DNA of 64,000 nucleotides from Acidobacteriota bacterium. GTDB taxonomy: Bacteria > Acidobacteriota > UBA6911 > RPQK01 > JAJDTT01. This document shows, piece after piece, positions 48,049-58,133 of the stretch. Below the pieces are notes generated by a model. The model was not told where the DNA came from, did not search any database, and saw only the letters and a program-made list of their open reading frames with translations. The first letter of the stretch is position 1, and each line of letters starts with the position of its first letter. The DNA lies in assembly GCA_965217775.1 (NCBI GenBank), contig CBDCJH010000002.1:3008001-3072000 (forward strand). Direction: 5' to 3'. A program made the position numbers and the translations under genes.

Positions 48049-48333
48049 GAAATTTCTAAAGGATCGGGCCCGTTTGGCTCCGGACTGGGGTGGAGATTTG
48101 GTCGCGAGGCGGGAAGCTGCCGACGGTGGGGGCGACTTGCCCTTACGCCGTGTATCCCGCATTTCTCACCAGGTCGCTACGCGTATGATGAAAAATAATC
48201 TGTTTTTGAACATTTACGCGGAATTTTCCAAGGTTTCTCCGGGACAGACTGCGCTGGGCGCTCGCTCGCTGGTGAGAAATGCGGGTATGGGACCGGCGGG
48301 AAGACGCCGGAATCGAGCCAGGGAAGGCGGGAA

Positions 48334-50037
48334 TCAGACCGGGTATTCGTGGAGCATCTCGAGGACGGTCTCGACGGCAGCGCCCAGCGGGACCTCCCTC
48401 TTGCTGAGATCCTTGCGGGAAAAGATCTCGACCCGTCCCTGCCGGAGGGCCCGGCCGACGGTGATTCGGATCGGAACCCCAATCAGTTCGGCGTCCTTGA
48501 ACTTGAAACCGGGCCGCTCGTCCCGATCATCCAGAAGACAGTCAATGCCCCGGTCCCAGAGGGTCCGGTAGATCTCACGGGCGGCGGCGAACTGTTTCCG
48601 GTCATCCACCCGCACGACCGTGACCACGACCTGGAACGGCGCCAACGCCCGGGGCCAGACGATACCGTACTCGTCGTGGTACAGCTCCACCGCGGCAGCC
48701 ATGATCCGCTCCAGACCGATTCCGTAGCTGCCCATGATCCAGGGCCGCTCCTTCCCGTCCCGGTCCAGCACCCGGGCCCCCATGGCCTCACTGTACTTGT
48801 ACCCCAGCTTGAAGATGTGTCCGATTTCCAGCGTCTTCTCCACTTGCAGGGGCTGTCCGCAATTCAGACAGGGGTCCCCCTGTTCGATCAAGCGCAGGTC
48901 CTGGTAGTTCGCCTGAAAATCTCGTCCCGGAGTGACATGAACCAGATGGTAGTCGTCCTGATTGGCGCCACAGACCAGGTTCCGCCGGCCCTCCAGCCCC
49001 AGATCGGCCACCACCTTGACGAAGCCGGCCTCCACCGGTCCCAGACTGCCCGCGTCGGCTCCGAACAGGTCCCGGATCTCTTCGGACCGGGCCATTCGGA
49101 GGTCACCGGCGCCGGCCACCCGGCTCAGCTTGAGTTCATTGAGCTGGTGGTCCCCCCGCAGCAACAACAGCCAAGGAGAATCCTGCACCATGTAGACCAG
49201 AGATTTGATCTGCCGGGACTGTGGGACGTCCAGAAAGTCGCTCACCTCCTGAATCGTCTTCCGACCCGGCGTATGCACCCTCCGGGGTGGAAGGTCCACG
49301 GCCTCGTCTTCCTGCGCCGCCAATGCCGATTCGGCCCGATCCAGGTTGGACGCGTACCCGCAGGCACAGGTCACGACATGATCCTCTCCGGCATCGGTCC
49401 GGACCATGAACTCGTGCGAGACGCTACCCCCCATCGCTCCCGAGTCCGCCTCGACCACCAGGTACTGGAGACCGCAGCGATCGAAGATCTTGCGATAGGC
49501 CTGCTCGTGAAGCCGGTAGCTGCAGTCTAATCCCTCGGCGTCGAGGTCGAAACTGTAGGAATCCTTCATGTGAAAGTGGCGCACCCGCAGCAGGCCGGAC
49601 TTGGGGCGGGGTTCATCCCGGAACTTGAGCTGGATCTGATACCAGATCTGGGGCAGTTCGCGGTAGGACCTGATTTCGTCACGAGCGATGGTGGTGAAGA
49701 TCTCCTCATGGGTCATCCCGAGGCACATGTCCCGATCGGAGCGATCCTTGAGCCGGAACATCTCTTCCCCCATGGTTTCCCAGCGGCCCGATTCCCTCCA
49801 GGGCTCGGCCGGATGAAGGGCCGGCAATACGAATTCCTGTGCGCCGATGGCGTCCATCTCGCGGCGGATAATGGCCTCGATTTTTCGCAAGGTTCGTCTC
49901 GCCAGGGGAAGAAAGGAATAGATCCCTGAACCCAACTGACGGACGAACGCGGCGCGCAGCAGAAGCCGATGAGAAGGGACGTCCGCCTCCGCAGGAATCT
50001 CCTTCAGGGTGGGCGCGAAGAACCGGGACCAGTGCAT
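48334..50037 (-). CDS. proS: Proline--tRNA ligase (with editing domain)
   Basis: THEE, FRDEPRPKSGLLR, KDSYSF, EIGHIF, MGSYGIG, KFKDAELIG. Confidence 0.97.
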   Translation of the reverse strand: MHWSRFFAPTLKEIPAEADVPSHRLLLRAAFVRQLGSGIYSFLPLARRTLRKIEAIIRREMDAIGAQEFVLPALHPAEPWRESGRWETMGEEMFRLKDRSDRDMCLGMTHEEIFTTIARDEIRSYRELPQIWYQIQLKFRDEPRPKSGLLRVRHFHMKDSYSFDLDAEGLDCSYRLHEQAYRKIFDRCGLQYLVVEADSGAMGGSVSHEFMVRTDAGEDHVVTCACGYASNLDRAESALAAQEDEAVDLPPRRVHTPGRKTIQEVSDFLDVPQSRQIKSLVYMVQDSPWLLLLRGDHQLNELKLSRVAGAGDLRMARSEEIRDLFGADAGSLGPVEAGFVKVVADLGLEGRRNLVCGANQDDYHLVHVTPGRDFQANYQDLRLIEQGDPCLNCGQPLQVEKTLEIGHIFKLGYKYSEAMGARVLDRDGKERPWIMGSYGIGLERIMAAAVELYHDEYGIVWPRALAPFQVVVTVVRVDDRKQFAAAREIYRTLWDRGIDCLLDDRDERPGFKFKDAELIGVPIRITVGRALRQGRVEIFSRKDLSKREVPLGAAVETVLEMLHEYPV

Positions 50038-50109
50038 GGGAAGCGCCGTTTTTATCGGTTTGACCGGATCAAGTCAAGTGAGCTACCATCCCCTGTCGGA
50101 GCTTCGCGC

Positions 50110-50547
50110 ATGCAGATTTGGATTGGCGCTGATCACGCTGGAGTGGCCCTCAAAGACCAGATCAAGGACTTGCTCGAAGCCGATCATCACGAAGTCACCG
50201 ACCAGGGGGCTCACACGGCCGAGAGCGTGGACTACCCCGACTTCGCGGCGTCCGTGGCCCAGGGTGTCTCGTCGGGCAGCGCCGAGCGCGGCATCCTCGT
50301 CTGCGGCACCGGGATCGGCATGGCCATCGCCGCCAACAAGATCTCCGGGGTCCGGGCGGCCGTTTGCCACGACCTGGAAACAGTGCGTCTCAGCCGCCAA
50401 CACAACCAATCCAACGTACTGGCCTTGGGCGCTCGGACTCTTGAGCCGGAGCTGGCCCTTTCCATGGTGCGGGAATGGCTCCGAGTCAGTTTTGAAGGCG
50501 GCCGCCATGACCGCCGAGTCCGCAAGATTTCCTCGCTGGAGCGCTGA
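50110..50547 (+). CDS. rpiB: Ribose-5-phosphate isomerase B
   Basis: GADHAG, SVDYPD, CGTGIG, RQHNQSN, FEGGRH. Confidence 0.96.
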   Translation: MQIWIGADHAGVALKDQIKDLLEADHHEVTDQGAHTAESVDYPDFAASVAQGVSSGSAERGILVCGTGIGMAIAANKISGVRAAVCHDLETVRLSRQHNQSNVLALGARTLEPELALSMVREWLRVSFEGGRHDRRVRKISSLER

Positions 50548-50700
50548 CTTCGCCGGCGCTCGAAAGTCCATGGCGACCGTCCCACCAAACCAGGAGACCG
50601 GTGAAAAACCCGCTGGTCAAGGCAGGGCGGGGACGCATAGCGGCAGAACGGGACCCATGAAGGCAACCGGCCCCTGACCGCGATTGGAGAAGCAGCAACC

Positions 50701-51960
50701 ATGCATCGATCCTTGTATGAGACAGACTCGGAGGTGGCCGAGGCCATCTCCAACGAGACCCGCAGGCAGAGCGAGACCCTGGAGCTCATCGCCTCCGAGA
50801 ACTACGTCAGTGAGGCCGTCCTGGCGGCCATGGGATCGGTCTTCACCAACAAGTACGCGGAAGGCTACCCGGGCCGCCGGTACTATGGTGGCTGCGAGCA
50901 TGTGGACGTGGTGGAGTCGTTGGCCATCGAGAGAGCCAAGCAGCTCTTCGGCGCCGACCATGCCAACGTCCAGCCTCACTCGGGTACCCAAGCCAACATC
51001 GCCGTCTATCTGTCCGCGCTCGAGCCGGGTGACAAGATTCTGGGTATGAACCTGTCCCACGGGGGCCACCTGTCCCATGGGCACCCACTCAATTTTTCCG
51101 GGAAGTATTTCCGCGTCGCCGCCTACGGCGTCCGCCGGGACACGGAAGCGATCGACTACGACGAGTTGGAGGATCTGGCCAAACGGGAGCAGCCCCGAAT
51201 GATCGTGGCCGGGGCCAGCGCTTACAGCCGGATCATCGATTTTGAACGCCTGTCCCAGATCGCTCGAGGCGTCGGGGCTTATCTGCTGGCCGACATTGCC
51301 CACATCGCCGGTCCGGTGGCGGCCGGCCTGCATCCCAGCCCCATTCCCTTCGCCGATTTCGTCACCACGACGACCCACAAGACCCTTCGCGGCCCCAGAG
51401 GCGGCATCGTCCTCTGCCGCGAAGAGCACAAGAAACGACTCGACCGGCTGGTCTTTCCCGGCACCCAGGGCGGGCCTCTGGTTCACATCATCGCGGCCAA
51501 GGCGGTCTGCCTCAAGGAAGCCCTCAGCCCCGGCTTCAACAGCTATCAGGGCCAGGTCCTTTCCAACGCCAAGGCCTTGGCCCGAAGTGTCGCGGAACAG
51601 GGGTTCCGGATCGTCTCGGGAGGCACCGACAACCACCTTTTCCTGGTGGACTGCCTCTCACGAGGCTTGACGGGCAAACGGGCGGAAGCGACGCTGGAGC
51701 GGGCACGGATCACGATCAACAAGAACACGATCCCTTTCGACACCCATCCTCCACTGGTCACCAGCGGGATCCGGGTCGGGACCCCCACGGTGACCACCTG
51801 CGGCATGAAAGAGGCCGAAATGGATCGAATCGGCGGTTGGATCGGCGAGGCTCTCACGAATTGCGATGACGAGCGGGTTCTGGACGGAATCGGCCACGAA
51901 GTCGTATCGCTGACCCGCCGTCACTCCTTTTACGCCGACCGCCTGCCGCAGCCTGCGTGA
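50701..51960 (+). CDS. glyA: Serine hydroxymethyltransferase
   Basis: [34 protein letters not shown]. Confidence 0.98.
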   Translation: MHRSLYETDSEVAEAISNETRRQSETLELIASENYVSEAVLAAMGSVFTNKYAEGYPGRRYYGGCEHVDVVESLAIERAKQLFGADHANVQPHSGTQANIAVYLSALEPGDKILGMNLSHGGHLSHGHPLNFSGKYFRVAAYGVRRDTEAIDYDELEDLAKREQPRMIVAGASAYSRIIDFERLSQIARGVGAYLLADIAHIAGPVAAGLHPSPIPFADFVTTTTHKTLRGPRGGIVLCREEHKKRLDRLVFPGTQGGPLVHIIAAKAVCLKEALSPGFNSYQGQVLSNAKALARSVAEQGFRIVSGGTDNHLFLVDCLSRGLTGKRAEATLERARITINKNTIPFDTHPPLVTSGIRVGTPTVTTCGMKEAEMDRIGGWIGEALTNCDDERVLDGIGHEVVSLTRRHSFYADRLPQPA

Positions 51961-52018
51961 CCGAGCTCTCGAAAGCGGGGCGGCACCAGGGGAGGCGGGA
52001 AAGGGGAACGCCGGCGTC

Positions 52019-53983
52019 ATGGCGTCCGAATTCACACTTCAGGAGGTCTTCTCCCCGGGAGGGCTGCTGGCCGGAGAACTCCCGGGTTACGAGTACCGGC
52101 CTTCGCAACTGAAACTGTCCCTATCGGTTCTGGAAGCGATTCGGCAGGGCCATCACCTCTGTGCCGAAGCCGGCACCGGAACCGGCAAGACCCTGGCCTA
52201 TCTGGTTCCGGCCATCGCCAGCCGCCGCAAGACCATCATCTCCACGGCAACACGCAATCTTCAAGAACAGCTCTACCTGAAGGACGTCCCTTTCATACGC
52301 CGGCACCTGTTCCCCGACATGAAGGTGACCTACATGAAGGGGCGCCAGAACTATCTCTGTCTCCGCAAGCTGGAAGGGCAGACCCGATCGCTCTCCCTGT
52401 CCCAAGAGTGGCTCCAGTCTCGGCAGGCCCTGTCGGAGTGGGCTCTCGAGACCGAGACCGGCGACCGTTCCGAGTTGGAATGGATGTCCGATTCGGATCC
52501 CCTCTGGCGGGAATTGGATGCCCGGAGCGAGAGCTGCACCGGTCAGAAATGCCCCCACTTCGATCGCTGCTTCATCACGCGCATGCGCCAAAGGGCTCTG
52601 GAATCAGACGTCATCATCGTCAACCACGCCCTCTTCTTCGCGCATCTGGCCCTGGAAGTCGATGAACTGGGGAGCATTCTGCCCGACTTCTCCACGCTGA
52701 TCCTGGATGAAGCTCACGCCGTCGAGGAGATCGCCTGCACCCACCTGGGGAAACGAATCAGCAGCTATCAGATCGAGGAACTGGCTCGGGATCTGACCGC
52801 ATCCTACCCCGACACCGATTCGATGCGGGCCGTCCGCGACCTGGAGTCCCGTGCCGGGATCTTGTTCTCCGCCCTGCCGGCCGCCGAAGGAACGTGGGCT
52901 CTCGACTCGGCGAGACGAGCCGACGGCACGCCGGCCGACTTGCGGGTTCCCGCCCTCGGCGCCTACCGCCAGTTGGCACGGATCTTGTCGAACCTGCACG
53001 ACGAGTTGAGCCTGCGGGATCCGTCCCACCAGGAACGGGACATGCTGCTGCGCCGGGTGGAATCGCTGGCCCTTCACCTGGAGCGATTCTTCGACCTGGA
53101 AGATCGGGAGAGTGTCCACTGGATGCGGCGCCGGGGCCGCGGCACGTTCCTCAATCTGACTCCGATCGAGGTGGCCTCAACCTTGGAACAGAGGCTCTTT
53201 TCCCAGATCCCGTCCGCCATATTGGTCTCCGCAACTCTCACCACGAACGGAGACTTCTCCTACGTCCGGAACCGCCTGGGCCTCGGCGAGGCTCGCCAAT
53301 TGCTCGCCGCCGGTGAGTTCGACTACTCGAAACAGTCGCTCCTCTACATTCCCAAGCGCTTCCCGGAACCGGGTTCACCCGGATACCTGATCCAACTGGT
53401 CCGGCAACTGGAGGAGATCCTCGAGCTGACCCAGGGACACGCATTTCTGCTCTTCACCAGCTATCTGCAGCTCAACCGGGTCTACGACCTGCTGCTTGAA
53501 CGCCTGCCGTATCCCCTGCTCCGCCAAGGCGACCGTCCCAGGTCGCAGTTGCTCCACGAGTTCCGGCAGACGCCCCACGCGGTGCTCTGCGCCACCTCCA
53601 GCTTCTGGCAGGGAGTGGACGTGCCGGGAGACGCCCTCAGGGCGGTCCTGATCGACAAACTGCCCTTCCAGGTCCCCACCGAACCGGTGGTGGCCGCCCG
53701 GCTCAAGAGGCTGGAGGAACAGGGGGAAAACTCGTTTCTCCGCTACTCGGTACCGACGGCCATCATCGCCCTGCGGCAGGGGTTGGGACGTCTGATTCGG
53801 TCCCGAGAGGACCGCGGAATTCTAGCGGTTTTCGACAGCCGCCTGCGCACGCGCCGCTATGGATATCTGTTTACCCGAAGCTTGCCAAGCTTTCCCGTCG
53901 TCGATAATATTGAAGCCATCAGAACCTCGGCCAATGAGTGGTGGTCCCGGGGCCGGGATCGATCCGATCCGGCGGCGGAATAG
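52019..53983 (+). CDS. DinG/YoaA family Fe-S DNA helicase
   Basis: EAGTGTGKT, KGRQNYLC, Cys cluster, DEAH, WQGVDVPG, QGLGRLIR. Confidence 0.92.
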   Translation: MASEFTLQEVFSPGGLLAGELPGYEYRPSQLKLSLSVLEAIRQGHHLCAEAGTGTGKTLAYLVPAIASRRKTIISTATRNLQEQLYLKDVPFIRRHLFPDMKVTYMKGRQNYLCLRKLEGQTRSLSLSQEWLQSRQALSEWALETETGDRSELEWMSDSDPLWRELDARSESCTGQKCPHFDRCFITRMRQRALESDVIIVNHALFFAHLALEVDELGSILPDFSTLILDEAHAVEEIACTHLGKRISSYQIEELARDLTASYPDTDSMRAVRDLESRAGILFSALPAAEGTWALDSARRADGTPADLRVPALGAYRQLARILSNLHDELSLRDPSHQERDMLLRRVESLALHLERFFDLEDRESVHWMRRRGRGTFLNLTPIEVASTLEQRLFSQIPSAILVSATLTTNGDFSYVRNRLGLGEARQLLAAGEFDYSKQSLLYIPKRFPEPGSPGYLIQLVRQLEEILELTQGHAFLLFTSYLQLNRVYDLLLERLPYPLLRQGDRPRSQLLHEFRQTPHAVLCATSSFWQGVDVPGDALRAVLIDKLPFQVPTEPVVAARLKRLEEQGENSFLRYSVPTAIIALRQGLGRLIRSREDRGILAVFDSRLRTRRYGYLFTRSLPSFPVVDNIEAIRTSANEWWSRGRDRSDPAAE

Positions 53984-54006
53984 CCATTAATGAGAAAGGC
54001 GGACTC

Positions 54007-55029
54007 ATGAAATACTCCACGATCTCCATCGCCGTCGTGATGCTCCTTTTGGCTGCACCGAGCCTGGAAGCTCAGGTGGGGCAATTGGAGGGGACGGTCA
54101 AGGACGCGGCCGGCAAACCCATCGAGGGAGCCGAGGTCTCGATTCGAAGCGAGAACACCAGCCGGAAATACAACCTCAAGACCAACAAGAAGGGCAAGTA
54201 CTACCACGGCGCGGTGAGTCTCCAGGCCACCTACACGGTGGTGGCTCGCAAGCCGGGTTACCGCACCGAGTACGAGTCCGGCGTTCGCGCCAGTTTCGGC
54301 GTCGATGACGGCGGCTTCGACCCCAGGGGCGGCGGCAAGCGGGGCACCGTCGACTTCACCCTCAAGGAGGGCAGGTCGGGCAAGCTGGCCTTCGAGATGA
54401 GCAAGGAAGAACGCGCACAGTTCATGAAGCAGCAGACCGTGGTCAAGGAAGTCCGGGCCGCCTACAACCGGGGAATCATGGCCTTCAATCTGGGACAGTT
54501 CGAGGAATCTGTGGTGGCCTTCCGGGAATGCGTCGCCAAGGATCCCAAACGGCCGGCCATCTGGGCCAATCTAGGCAACGCCTACCTGAAATTGAACAAA
54601 CACAACGACGCCATTGGAGCCTACGACAAGGCCATCGAGTTGGCTCCCAGCAACGCCAACTTCTACCAGAACCTGGGAAACATCTACGCCAACATGGGGA
54701 ATTCGGCCAAAGCCGAGGAATTCTTCAAGAAATCGGCCGAACTCAACGCTGCCGTCGATCCGGCCGCCGCCGCCATCAACTACTACAATATGGGCGTCAC
54801 CTTCATCAACAAGGGACAGAACAGAGAGGCGGCGGAGGCCCTGCAAAATGCGGTCGCATCCGACCCCGCGCACGCCGAAGCCCATTACCAGCTAGGTATC
54901 GTACTGCTGGGCATGAACAAGCTGGACGGGGCCATCATGCATCTGGCCGAATACGCTAAGCTCAACCCCAACGGCGAAAACGCTCCGGTGGCCCGAGATC
55001 TGGTCAAGCAGTTGAAGGGCGGTCAATAA
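54007..55029 (+). CDS. Secreted carboxypeptidase-regulatory-like domain plus TPR protein
   Basis: Signal peptide, GTVKDAAGKPIEGA, TPR repeats. Confidence 0.85.
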   Translation: MKYSTISIAVVMLLLAAPSLEAQVGQLEGTVKDAAGKPIEGAEVSIRSENTSRKYNLKTNKKGKYYHGAVSLQATYTVVARKPGYRTEYESGVRASFGVDDGGFDPRGGGKRGTVDFTLKEGRSGKLAFEMSKEERAQFMKQQTVVKEVRAAYNRGIMAFNLGQFEESVVAFRECVAKDPKRPAIWANLGNAYLKLNKHNDAIGAYDKAIELAPSNANFYQNLGNIYANMGNSAKAEEFFKKSAELNAAVDPAAAAINYYNMGVTFINKGQNREAAEALQNAVASDPAHAEAHYQLGIVLLGMNKLDGAIMHLAEYAKLNPNGENAPVARDLVKQLKGGQ

Positions 55030-55030
55030 C

Positions 55031-55051
55031 AGCCTTCGGGGCCGGTTTTTC
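55031..55051 (+). terminator. Possible intrinsic terminator
   Basis: Short CC-TTCG-GG hairpin followed by TTTTT after the stop codon. Confidence 0.35.
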
Positions 55052-55212
55052 CTCCTGATCGGTGGCAGAGAAGGGCGCTGTCCGGTTTGCCCTGAATTGC
55101 GTCTCGCCGATTTCACAAACTTTGCCTGCACCAATTCCTGGCACCGGTTTCGGTGGCACGGAGAAAGCTTTCTTTGGAGAGACGAGACTGGAAATTGCGT
55201 GCGGATCCGGTT

Positions 55213-55920
55213 TCAGCCGGACGCCGGAGCGGAGAAATAACCTTCGGCCCTGCGGCACCCCAGGTTCGCCAGCGTCGAGAGGGCAGCGACCGCCGCCCTT
55301 CGGACTTCATCGGCGCCGGCCTGGGTCATCTTGTACATGGCCTTCAGGACCGTATCCGGAACCTGATGGGCTCGATGCCAATAGGCGACGGACAATTCGG
55401 TGACGGCCTGCGCCTGCCGGTCGGATTGCTCCTGAGCGGCCAAGGTCAACAACTCGCCGACTGCACGTTCACTACCCTGCTGAGCCAGCAGGCCCAACGC
55501 CGACAGCACGTCCACCTTGCGGTTGTGGGCGGACGGCTCACCGAGATACCGCAGGCCATAGACTTGGAGCAGAAGATCGACAGCCTTCTCGTGGCCGATC
55601 TCGCCAAGAGTGAGGATGACGGCGGCTTCCAGAGAGCGGTTCCGGCCTTTGGTGAAGATGTGGGCGTCCTGCAATACGGCAAACAATGGGTTGATCGCCG
55701 CGGGATCGCCCAATGCGCCCAACGCCAACGCCGCAAACTCCTTGTCGCCTGGGGTGGCGGAGCCCAGCAGTTCCAACAACGGGTCCAGGAAACGCTTGCA
55801 ACGGGTCACACTCACGTGAGGAAGGATCTTGTACCGCTCGGCTTCGTTGCCGGACTTCAGGATCTCGATACAAGTCGCAACGAGTTGATCGCGATCGCCG
55901 ATATCCTGGCCCCGATACAT
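55213..55920 (-). CDS. HEAT/PBS-lyase repeat protein
   Basis: AALALGALGD, ILTLGEIG, LSALG, VRRAAVAAL repeats. Confidence 0.75.
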   Translation of the reverse strand: MYRGQDIGDRDQLVATCIEILKSGNEAERYKILPHVSVTRCKRFLDPLLELLGSATPGDKEFAALALGALGDPAAINPLFAVLQDAHIFTKGRNRSLEAAVILTLGEIGHEKAVDLLLQVYGLRYLGEPSAHNRKVDVLSALGLLAQQGSERAVGELLTLAAQEQSDRQAQAVTELSVAYWHRAHQVPDTVLKAMYKMTQAGADEVRRAAVAALSTLANLGCRRAEGYFSAPASG

Positions 55921-56020
55921 GGTTTAACGGTCCTTGGAGGGTAAGTGCGCCTCGCAAACTCATCGAATCCGCCGAACTTCAACGGCCCACCGAGGAAACT
56001 ATGATAACATACGCGGCCCG

Positions 56021-56611
56021 ATGCAGAACAAACCGCGGGTGGCGGCCGCGACCGGCGTCGTCATAGGGTTCATCCTCGGTTTCTTCGCCGCTCGAATTCA
56101 GCAAGAGGCCACCGTTCCCGAGCCGGCGCCCCAAGCACAGGAAAACTCCTCCGCCCTGCCCACCGATCATCCCCCGCCGGAAGTGCTGGAGCAGTTGGCC
56201 AGGCTCCAGGAGCGCGCCAGGGACCATCCCGAAGACAAGGAAGTGCGAATCCTCCTGGGCAATTCGTTCTACGACATGAAGCGCTTCGACGCGGCCGCTT
56301 CCTGGTATACGGAGGCCCTGGAATTGGATCCCGGCAACGTGAGCGTCCGCACCGACCTGGGAACGGCCCAGCTCTACCAGGGTCAGGTGGAGTCGGCCAT
56401 CGAGTCCTATCGGATGTCCCTTTCCCTGGACCCGAATCACCCCCAGACCCTGCAGAATCTGGGCATCGCCCACTTCGCTACCGGCGAATTCGAAGCGGCG
56501 ATCCGGATCTGGCAGAGGCTCTTGGCGGCGCACCCGGAGTATCCTGGCAAAGAGCAGATCGAGAAACATATCAACAACGCTCGCGAACACCTGGATCAAG
56601 AGCAGTCCTGA
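56021..56611 (+). CDS. Membrane-anchored TPR protein
   Basis: N-terminal TM helix, LPTDHPP, TPR repeats. Confidence 0.8.
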   Translation: MQNKPRVAAATGVVIGFILGFFAARIQQEATVPEPAPQAQENSSALPTDHPPPEVLEQLARLQERARDHPEDKEVRILLGNSFYDMKRFDAAASWYTEALELDPGNVSVRTDLGTAQLYQGQVESAIESYRMSLSLDPNHPQTLQNLGIAHFATGEFEAAIRIWQRLLAAHPEYPGKEQIEKHINNAREHLDQEQS

Positions 56612-56620
56612 GGATGGACA

Positions 56621-56896
56621 GTGTTGCTCCGGTTTCTGTTCTTTTTGCTTCTCCTCCTGGTCGTTCGGGCAATCGTCGCACGTATTTTCGGAAACAGGCG
56701 GAAGGCCTCCGGCAACCAGCCCCGGGGTCGTTGGAACAGAGCCCGCGCCACGGTCCGCGGGCGGATGGTGAAAGATCCCCAATGCGGAATCTACGTCGCC
56801 ACCGACTTGGCGGTCCGGACACGCACCAAGGACACGAACCTCTACTTCTGCTCCGAGGAGTGCCGGGACAAGTTCCTTCGGCGCCGCCGGGACTGA
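56621..56896 (+). CDS. Membrane-anchored YHS/TRASH domain protein
   Basis: KDPQCGIYV...YFCSEECRDKF. Confidence 0.82.
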   Translation: MLLRFLFFLLLLLVVRAIVARIFGNRRKASGNQPRGRWNRARATVRGRMVKDPQCGIYVATDLAVRTRTKDTNLYFCSEECRDKFLRRRRD

Positions 56897-56918
56897 GCGA
56901 TCCAAACGAATCCAACCG

Positions 56919-57791
56919 TTGGGGAGAACGACGGCGTTGAAAGTTGGGGTCGTTTCCAAACCACACCGCACCGAGTTCGCCCGGAGCCTCGAGGAGATCC
57001 TGCAATGGCTGCAACAGAGAGGTTGCGAGACGCTGGTGGAGGAGAGCGTCCTGGAGAACTTCGGACTCTCAGGTTACCGGGGAGTGACCCGGGAGCAGAT
57101 GCCTTCCCAGGTCGACGCCATCATCGTCTTCGGAGGCGACGGCACCATCCTCTCGGTGGCCCGGGCGATCGGTGACAACGACGCACCCATCCTGGCAGTG
57201 AATCTGGGTTCTCTGGGATTCCTCACCGAGGTCACTCTGGACGAGCTGTATGAAGCCCTGGACCGGCTGCTGAAGGGCGAGCATCGGATCGACGAGAGAC
57301 GGCTCCTCGACGCCACCGTCAAGCGGAACGACGGGTCCAGCAGCAGCTTTCACGCCCTGAACGACGTGGTCATCACCAAGGGCGCCCTGGCCCGGATCAT
57401 CCAGTTGGATGCCTACATCGATGAGGATTTCATGGCCACCTTCCTGGCCGACGGGCTCATCATCGCCACTCCGACCGGCTCCACCGCCTATTCTCTCTCC
57501 GCCGGAGGCCCCATCGTGCTGCCCTCCCTGGCCTGCACCGTGGTGACTCCCATCTGCCCCCACACCCTGACCAACCGCCCTCTGGTCTTTCCTCCGGAAA
57601 GCGAGATCCGGATCACTCTGACTTCGGGCGAAGACGTCATGTTGACCGTCGATGGCCAGCAGGGCGTGGAGCTCGCGGAAGAGGACGAGATCGTCTGCAC
57701 CAGCTCCCGCCGGCGAATCGAACTGATCAAGCCCCACAACAAGAGCTTTTTCGATGTCTTGAGAGAGAAGCTCAAATGGGCGCAGAGGTAG
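56919..57791 (+). CDS. nadK: NAD(+) kinase
   Basis: GGDGT, NLGSLGFL, LND, DGLIIATPTGSTAYSLSAGG. Confidence 0.96.
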   Translation: MGRTTALKVGVVSKPHRTEFARSLEEILQWLQQRGCETLVEESVLENFGLSGYRGVTREQMPSQVDAIIVFGGDGTILSVARAIGDNDAPILAVNLGSLGFLTEVTLDELYEALDRLLKGEHRIDERRLLDATVKRNDGSSSSFHALNDVVITKGALARIIQLDAYIDEDFMATFLADGLIIATPTGSTAYSLSAGGPIVLPSLACTVVTPICPHTLTNRPLVFPPESEIRITLTSGEDVMLTVDGQQGVELAEEDEIVCTSSRRRIELIKPHNKSFFDVLREKLKWAQR

Positions 57792-57797
57792 GAACTC

Positions 57798-58133
57798 ATG
57801 TCTGATCCGTCCCGGCTGGAAAGGCTGCGGCAGTTGGTGGCCAAGGGCTCCGGCGATCCCTTTCCCCTCTACGGCCTGGCCATGGAGTACAAGCGCCTGG
57901 GCCGAATTGAGGAAGCCATCCAGGCCTTCGGCCGCTTGGTGGACCTCCACCCGCAGTACGTCCCTGCCTACTATCAGTTCGGAGCGGCTCTGGTCCTGTC
58001 GGGAGGAATCGGACAGGCTCGGGAGACCCTCGCTCGCGGCATCCGGATCGCCGAATCGCAGGGGAACCAGCATGCGCGGGAAGAGCTGGTCCGGGCACTG
58101 GAGGAACTGGAGAACGAGGAAATCGGACCATGA
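57798..58133 (+). CDS. Small TPR protein
   Basis: DPFPLYGLAMEY, YVPAYYQ. Confidence 0.8.
   Translation: MSDPSRLERLRQLVAKGSGDPFPLYGLAMEYKRLGRIEEAIQAFGRLVDLHPQYVPAYYQFGAALVLSGGIGQARETLARGIRIAESQGNQHAREELVRALEELENEEIGP

Noticed and set aside
52019-53983. DinG as part of a type IV CRISPR or defence system
   Set aside because: Housekeeping context (glyA, rpiB), Fe-S cysteines present, no cas genes nearby.
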